Of a stretch of 43,923 nucleotides of DNA, positions 33,937 to 43,923 are shown piece by piece. The translations under genes were made by a program, and so were the position numbers. Under the pieces are notes generated by a model. It was not told the DNA's origin. It did no database searches and saw only the letters and a program-made list of their open reading frames with translations. The DNA comes from Macrostomum lignano (Eukaryota): contig NIVC01003254.1 of the NCBI GenBank assembly GCA_002269645.1, positions 1-43,923 of the forward strand. The letters run 5' to 3'. Within the stretch, counting starts at the first letter, position 1. The number at the start of each line of letters is the position of its first letter.

Positions 33937-36900
33937 ATGGCATACAAAATGGTATTTTCATTGAACGCGATTGGTCTACTTCTCTTGGTAGAATACTGTA
34001 CATGTAAGTAGCTTTCAGCAGAATTATTTGGTTTTAAAATTAATTCTCAATCTCACCTTACTTTAGAAGATCACTCTCACCTCTAAATGATCAATCTCGC
34101 TTTTAAATGGTCACTCTCATTTCTAGATAATCAATCTCACTTTTAGAAGATCAAAAAAAGTTTTTAAATACTAGATCTCACTTTTAGATGATCTATCTCA
34201 CTTCTAAATGATCAATCTCATTTCTAGATGATCAATCTCATTTTTAGATGATCAATCTCACTTCTAGACGATCAATCTCACTTCTAAATAATCAATCTCA
34301 CTTTTGGATGATCAATCTCACTTTGATATGATTAATGTCACTTCTAAATGATCAATCTCATTTTGAGATAATCAAAATCTCACTTCTAGATGAGCAAATT
34401 AGATTATCAATCTAATTTCTAGGTGATCAATCTCACATTTGAGATGATCTATCTTCTAGATAATCAATCTCACCTCTAAATGATTAATCTCACTTCTGGA
34501 TGATCAATATGACTGCTCAACCATATGATCAGTTACACTTCCGAATGCTTTAACTCTCTTTTAGATTCTCAATAGGGATTCTAGCCTTTTAAAAATATTC
34601 TTTATACATTACTTTAAATCCGCATAAAAATAAACATTCCAGGTGATTTAAGTGTTCATGAAATGAGAGGAAACTTGTACAAGGGGTAACTAAAAACTCA
34701 AAGCAGTGATTTGAATTCAGTACAAGTTGATTCAAAATTTCATTTGAGCTGTTTGTTCTGCATTTCAGAGGCGGACGCGCTTCAGAACTGGACTTCGACG
34801 TAAACTCAGTGTACGTCTCGAAAGAACTCCGACCGCTAGTATTATCAGGTGACAGACTGCGTTCGGACATAACAGCGAGCGATGTGGCCCTCTGCTTTGC
34901 CGGCCGTGGCAAGTATGATCAGTTTATCTGTCCAGAAGAAGACGTAGATTCCAATGCAAAGTCCTACTATGACTTGCTGTCAAACGCTGATACAAAGACG
35001 TATTGTTGCGGTGAGGAGGACGAGCAGTACTGCTGCACAAAAGCCGAGTTCGAGGCGCTGAAGTCAAGTTTGTCCACGGGAGCCATTGCAGCAATCGTGA
35101 TCTGCTCTTTACTTGGAGTGGTGGTCATGGGTTTGATCATATTTTGCGCTTGCAAGTTTTTCTGTCTTGTCAAACAGAGGCCCAACGCCTCTAGGCCGAT
35201 GGGGGTGAGTAATAAATGCAGTTCTTTCTTATCATGGCTTAAGGAGATCTGATTTAGTGAAACAAGATAAAAAGTTCATAAAAATTAAAAATCAGATTGA
35301 CGTAACAGAGCTGCATGAAAACGCCTCTGTGCAACCCCTGGGCTCTGGCGCTGAAAGGTACACCCACCAGGCGTCTGGATGGTGCGGTAGCTGAGGTTGC
35401 GGCCAAGATCCCATTATCCATAGACAGCGGCGCGGCAGTCACCAATCACATGTGAAAACTCCCACTAGTGAGGCGGGACTTCCGGTCTGTAACAGACGAA
35501 GATTCTTGACCCCAACTGTACTAGAAATGGCCGACTAGGGACTCTATGGACAGTCTAGTCAGAGCTGTAAACGAGGACATTTGGATCTTTTAGCTGGTGA
35601 GCGATTCTAGACTACGATTCCCTCCTAAGCCACAGGATTCCAAGGGTGGATAAAACGCCATATTTTTATGTTGATGGGGAAGGGTAGGTCCCAGAACTCT
35701 CTCGTGATGCCCTTCCATAGAAGGGGTCGGCAAACTCCGGCTTGCGGGCGATAAGCGGGCCTCGAAGCCTCTCGAAACTTCAAAAAAGCGATCCGGCCCG
35801 CTAAAGGTTTGTTTCTCTTCTCGGGTTTTTTCTTCTCTCCCCTCTCCCTTTCCCTTCTCTCCACACTCCCCTCTTTCCTCTCTCCCTTCTCTTCCTCTCT
35901 CCTCCTCTCTTCTCGTTTATCCTTTCTCTCATCCCATCTCATGCCTCTCTTCTCACATCTCTTATCTTCTATTCTTTCTCTTTTTCACTCTCATCTGGCC
36001 TGCAGACATGAGCTAAAATCCTTATCTGGCACTTGAAGCGAAAAAGTTTGCCATACTCTGTCCTATAGGGACAGGGAAGCTAAAGCTGAGAACGGGGGTG
36101 GCCGCTCGGGCCATTAAAACGGGCTCTTGTTTATAGCCCTGAGACTAAGCGTCACACGATCACGATCACGTGATACGTGATATTGAAGGCCGTGACTTGT
36201 CCTTGATCTTCGTTACCAAGCAACCCTGGTGATGTCACCCACCAGTGGCGCTGCTATTGGACGAGAAACTGGGGTGGGGTGCAACGGAGAAAAACTATTC
36301 ATGATGGAGGATTACGTAACAGACAGGAAAAGCTTGGGGAGATGTGGGGTCATAAAAACTGTCACACGCATGAATGATTTCGAACAATAGAAAGGAGGGT
36401 GGGGTTGGTGCTCGAAGGAGTGGGTAAGCGATAAGCATGAGTCATTGTGATAACTCATTTTCAATTAGTCATCATGGGGGGGGGGCAGGAATCACACGGG
36501 AAAAGGGAGGGAGCGCAAAAAATAGCGGGGAGGGGCAGGAAACCTGGACGTGTCTGTATCAAGATGGCGATCATTTTAAGGATAACCTTTTGCATTGTTG
36601 AAAGAGTGAAAATGAATTTCAGAATATTTGCTAATTGGTTCACCAAAGCGCGACGTGATTAACAACCAAATGCCACCGATTAATAAAAAGTGTGGGAGCA
36701 ATGCAACGTAGACAACAAAAACTACTTAAGTAGAACGGGAAAGTACGTTTCTTGGAAAGTTTTCTGGAGGCCGGTTTTACGGAGAAAATACTTTGCATCG
36801 ATAGCAGTTTTTTGTGACAGTCAGGTACAAATACTCAGCAATATCGAAAAGTCGCCATCACAGCAGATTCGGTCTGTGGTCGCCAATTTTGAGAGTGCAG

Positions 36901-37330
36901 GTAAAGTCTCAATCTTTGCGAGTGACGCTACTCAGCTACGCCGCGGCAGACTAGCTTGAGTTGAGGAATGATGTGGGGGAGCGGTGTGCGAGGGTTGGAC
37001 GTGGATTAAAGCTACCCCGATCAGTTTTCTCGTATCTTTTATTTCAGAATAGTCCAAGAGATAGTCACTGACGCATAGATTTGGCGACTTTTTAATGTTG
37101 CTGATATGACTACAACAAGTAACAACTTATGCTGTTAAATTTATTAACCAAACATTAATTAAAAGTGCGTCACAACTTTGTGCCAATTTATCATTATGCA
37201 GCCGCCGCGGTTCGGCTCGCCCTACCAGCAGCCGGTGCCCTACGGCTCTGGCGGAGGCTTCGCGCAGCCGCAGCCGATGCCGTACGCACCGCCGCCGCCG
37301 CCGCCCATGGCACCACCGCGAATGTACTAA
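33937..37330 (+). CDS. Shisa-like single-pass protein S4, about 224 aa, 4 exons
   Basis: join(33937..34003, 34643..34685, 34769..35204, 37202..37330); phases 1,2,0. LCF..QFICPE..KTYCCG..QYCC; TM AIAAIVICSLLGVVVMGLIIFCAC; tail PYQQPVPY..PMPYAPPPPPMAPPRMY; AATAAA at 37479. Confidence 0.85.
34045..34520. repeat. Degenerate 20 bp minisatellite (TCTCACTTCTAGATGATCAA-like), S4 intron 1
   Basis: Visible array with many substitutions. Confidence 0.92.
35808..35992. repeat. CT-rich low-complexity tract within an unassigned GC-richer segment of S4 intron 3
   Basis: Visible pyrimidine tract. Confidence 0.75.
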
Positions 37331-37777
37331 TAATAAAGGACAACAGACCTGTCCTAGATACAGAGTTGCAGAGATGTGATGATAAAAACTGTGTTCTTTT
37401 AATTTGAGCGTATGCTTTTTAATTTCCTTTGACAGAGACATATCAATAAGTTTGGAATACTTGCCAAACAGGCATCTGAATAAACGAGTTTTACTACTGA
37501 CTGTGAAAGCAGTTGCCTACTTTTCTGTTAAAATGGCGTCATAGCACGCTTTTTCTAACTATTTTTGTCAAGAAAAGACCTAAACACAATATTCCTTTAC
37601 TTAAAGGACAACAACACAGCAAATATACCTGCTAGAAACTTTCGATAGAGACTTATGAAATTTATAAGTCAATTTATCAAAAATACTAACCCAAGTTTTA
37701 TTTTGTTTCTAAGCTGAACAAACAAACAATTTAACTTTCCTAACTGGAAAATATTTTCTCCATATAGATTGCCTGCT

Positions 37778-38290
37778 CACGGTCTATAGTTCACAGCAGT
37801 TCACAGTCTATAGTTCACAGTCTATAGTTCATAGTTTATAGTTCACAGTCTAGAGTTCTCGGTCTATAGTTCACGGTCTATAGTTCACAGTCTATAGTTC
37901 ACGGTATATAGTTCACAGTCTATAGTTCACGGTATATAGTTCACAGTCTATAGTTCACGGTCTATAGTTCATAGTTTATAGTTCACAGTCTAGAGTTCTC
38001 GGTCTATAGTTCACTGTCTATAGTTCACAGTCTATAGTTCACGGTATATAGTTCACAGTCTATAGTTCACGGTCTATAGTTCATAGTTTATAGTTCACAG
38101 TCTAGAGTTCTCGGTCTATAGTTCATAGTTTATAGTTCACAGTCTATAGTTCACAGTCTATAGTTTATAGTTTATAGTTCACAGTCTAGAGTTCTCGGTC
38201 TATAGTTCACGGTCTATAATTCACAGTCTATAGTTCACGGTATATAGTTCACAGTCTATAGTTCACGGTCTATAGTTCACGGTCTATAGT
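37778..38290. repeat. 14 bp minisatellite (TCTATAGTTCACAG / TCTATAGTTCACGG variants)
   Basis: Visible array with recurring blocks of variants. Confidence 0.96.
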
Positions 38291-39700
38291 TCTGCAGGAA
38301 TGAATTGCGCGACATCTTCGCCGGCATTGTAAACGCGCCCGCATCGCCGCTGCCCGCCAGCTTTGCGCTCCCACTGGACACGCCGCTCCCAGCTGAGGAG
38401 GACTTCTGCACCAGACCAGTCACAACGGAGGACGCAATGCTGTTCGCTCGGAAAACATCAGGCGACAAGGTGCTCGGCCCCGACGAAGTCCCGTTCGAAG
38501 CGCTGCGGCTCCGCTGTGTGGCCTCCCAGGTCACAGGCGTCATGAACCGCGTGCTCGCCGGTGCTCCTGCGCCCACCGAGTGGACCGTCGCGCACATCGT
38601 GCCGATCCCGAAGAAGGCAGGGACAACGCGGAAAGAAGACCACCGAGGGATCTCGCTGATGTCCTGCACCGCGAAGCTCTTCAACTGACTGCTGCTCCAT
38701 CGGCCTGTCTGACCTGTTCGATACTTCATCAGGAGCTCCGCAGGGCGACACGCTAGCGCCGTTTCTCTTCGTGCCGCTGATGGCTGGGTGCTTCGGACCG
38801 CTCTCCTCTCGGCTGAGACGGCTTCCTGCTGCGCAGACGCATCGGTCGTCGCCACGTCGAAAAGCGCCTAAGCGTGCTTGGCTACGCCGACGACCTCGCC
38901 CTCCTGTCCTCGTCCGTTGAAGGCGCCCAGCGCCAGATCGATAGGCTGGTCGAGGCGGCATCGAGCGTCGGTCTGATCGTCAACACGCTGAAGACCGAGG
39001 TGCTGACTGTGCCGGCCGACATCCCAGCGGACTTGACGTGCCGCGGCGCAGACGGGCAGACGACCAAGCTCGCACGCTGCCAGCGGTTCACCTACCTCGG
39101 CGGTCTGGTGCCCCACGTGGAGGAAGACCTCCGGCGGCGCAGAGGACTTGCCTGGGCGGCCTTCTGTTACACTCGAGCCGTCCTCCAGTCCGAAGCGCTG
39201 CCCGACCGCCAGAGGGCTCGGCTGTGGCAGGTGCCAATCGAAACCGTCCTGCTATACAACGCCGGAGACGTGGACGCTGACGGCTACGCTAGAGCGGCAG
39301 CTGGACTCGGCGCACTTAGGGCTGCTCTGTGCGGCCTTTCAAGCTGACGAGAGCGTCGGGACCGAGGCCCTGTACGATCGGGCCAAGCTGCAGCGCCCGT
39401 CCACCATCTTGCGCCGGCTGCGACTTCAACTGGCGAGCCACGTGATCCGGGCCGAAGGCTACTGCCCCCAACCTGTTCAGAACGTCCTGCTGCTCACCTT
39501 GCAGGGCCCGTTCAGGCGGGATCAGGCCCGAACCGGTCGATATGTGGACTGCCTGCTGTGCGACGCTGGGGCGCCCGACACTGCCAACGGAGCGGACTTT
39601 GTTCGCTCCAAGGCTCTGCGGCGCGCCATCTGACGCGCCCTGCTCTAAATGTGACCTTGCATGCGGGGCCGCGAATTTTGTTGTTGTTGTTGTTGTTGTT
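38291..39700 (+). mobile_element. 5'-truncated, internally deleted RTE-type LINE (copy 2)
   Basis: EWTVAHIVPIPKK..HRGISLMSCTAKLFN, QGDTLAPFLF, LGYADDLALLSSS, FTYLGG, VLLYNA, LRLQLASHVIR; (TTG)n tail about 39678..39700; related to copy 1. Confidence 0.92.
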
Positions 39701-40800
39701 AGTGAAGTATTTAGGGTTTGTCTCGGGGTTGTCTCGAGGTAGTCTGGTAGGTCGTTGAATCCCACCGCTGCCACCAATGTTGTACCTGTGCTTCTCCTAC
39801 TGTCTAGCACAGTGATTTGGGCTCTCCGTCTTCTCAACCGGAAGCCTTCGATTAGCTCTTAGTAGCGTAGGTAGTGCTGCCACCAGTTCCTTCAGGTCTC
39901 GGCGTTCGGTGAGGTGAGCTTCCCGTCGGAGCGAAATAAACAAGTCAACGATTTCAGCACAGCGTGCAGATTTGCAGATTAATGAACAAGGCGTCTTGGT
40001 CAGCAGATCCCACCGGGCTCAAGGGGTGGCTGGGAAGGCAGTGTTAGCCTCCCTTAGGCTTGGGCGTCTAAGTTTAGTCAGGCAAGTTACAGATAGCTTT
40101 AATTGGCAACTGACCGAAGTATGGAAAGCTAGACTAAAGAAGAACAGCAACAAGAAGAAGAATCCTTGACTCAACCAAGGGTGAGGGGCAAATATTTGAA
40201 GGCAGGAAATCCTCGCTGCACCAGTGTGCGCCGGACCTCGTGACTCTGTTCAATTTTTAGAACTGACGTCACCCTCCGCCTTAGGGAAGGCAGGATTTGC
40301 GGGTAAAGTGCACAGAGCCGCATGACTCAGTATCTATTTTTAGAAACATGAGTCCCCTATTACCTTAGAGAAGGCAAGGGCCCGAAACACGTGATTCCTC
40401 CTGTAAACAGGGGACAACGAGACTTTAGGACTTCGAGAAAACAAGACTTGTCATGTGACTTGTGTCACTTGTTCTATAAGTTTTATTGTAGAACTCCTTG
40501 TCTGAGGCAAATATCCAGCTTCCGCTCCTCTTCCCTTCCCTACTTGAAGCGTGGCTCAGAAATCTATATTGTTTAATCAAGGAATCAAGGATTTAGAATT
40601 CCTTGGTTTAATCAAAGCTAATGCTTACATGCTTTGGCGACCCTAAGCCCATAGACATGGCATTTATCCTTTGAAGGACAAAAAGAATCGTTAAAATAGT
40701 AAGAAAAGCATTTAAAGACACGCAGACAATTTTGGCATTTCTGGTCAAATGTTCAACCCGAAGCATTCATCGCCTGCAAGCCTACTGGATCATAGCGTGA

Positions 40801-43078
<2,278 letters not shown>

Positions 43079-43427
43079 TGAGATGCCAAAAACTAAATCA
43101 ATAAGCAACATCTGTACCGACAAACTATAAATTTCTGAATTTTCATTATTATGCCCCAAAGTAAAGCTGAGCATTTATGTTGAGAAATTTAAGTTCAAAT
43201 ATCAAAGAATGCTTCGAAATATTTAGTCTTATTGATAACTCTTTTTTCAAAAATATTGAAATTCGAATTTTAAATACTGAAAAACTGCTCTTTTACTCGA
43301 TAAAATTTCGCGACAAAAATTAAATAAGAAATATTCACGACTACAGTCATAAAAACACTGCACTCAAAAGATTGTACATTTTCGAGATGGAATGTTTTTT
43401 AGTCTAGTACGTGCTACTCAGAATCAT

Positions 43428-43923
43428 TCCCCTTTAGCATGATTTCCCTTTTAGCATCATTCCCCTTTAGCCCCCTTTAGCATCATTCCCCTTTAGCATC
43501 ATTCCCCCTTTAGCATGATTTCCCCTTTGGCATCATTCCCCATTTAGCATCATTCCCCTTTTAGCATCATTCCCCATTTAGCATCATTCCCCCTTTAGCA
43601 TCATTCCCCCTTTAGCAACCCTCCCCCTTTAGCATCATTCCCCCTTTAGCATCATTCCCCCTTTTGCAACCCTCCCCTTTAGCAACCCTCCCCATTTAGC
43701 ATCATTCCCCTTTTGCAACCCTCCCCCTTTAGCAATCCTCCCCCTTTAGCAACCCTCCCCCTTTTAGCATCATTCCCCTTTAGCATCATTCCCCCATTTA
43801 GCATCATTCCCCCTTTTAGCATTATTCCCCCTTTTAGCATCATTCCCCCTTTAGCAACCCTCCCCCTTTAGCAACCCTCCCCTTTTAGCATCATCCCCCT
43901 TTTATCATCATTCCTCATTTTAG
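43428..43923. repeat. 16-18 bp minisatellite TTAGCA(TCATT|ACCCT)CCCC(C)T, running off the window end
   Basis: Visible array with two interspersed unit types. Confidence 0.96.

Overview
Eukaryotic, intron-containing animal DNA. The minisatellite load and gene and TE style suggest an invertebrate, possibly a Macrostomum-like flatworm; this is inferred, not verified. I found no rRNA, convincing tRNA gene or CRISPR array. By hand-splicing GT-AG exons I recover eight genes. Two are convergent F-type lectin (FTP/F5/8C)-WSC paralogs, one with a signal peptide and one cut by the window edge and carrying a 1-nt frameshift. One is a secreted fibrinogen-related protein. Five are single-pass membrane proteins with a six-cysteine C-C-CC-CC ectodomain and Pro/Gln/Tyr-rich tails (Shisa-like/STMC6 type), four of which share a four-exon layout with a small second exon. 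Between the genes lie a three-level TE nest (LOA/R1-type LINE, a Gypsy element with 5-bp TSD, and a 2.2-kb TG..CA insert), two RTE-type LINE fragments, two tRNA-derived SINE families and about 15 tandem arrays, most of them intronic. Exon models rest on splice consensus, phase consistency and paralog alignment; I had no transcript or database evidence.
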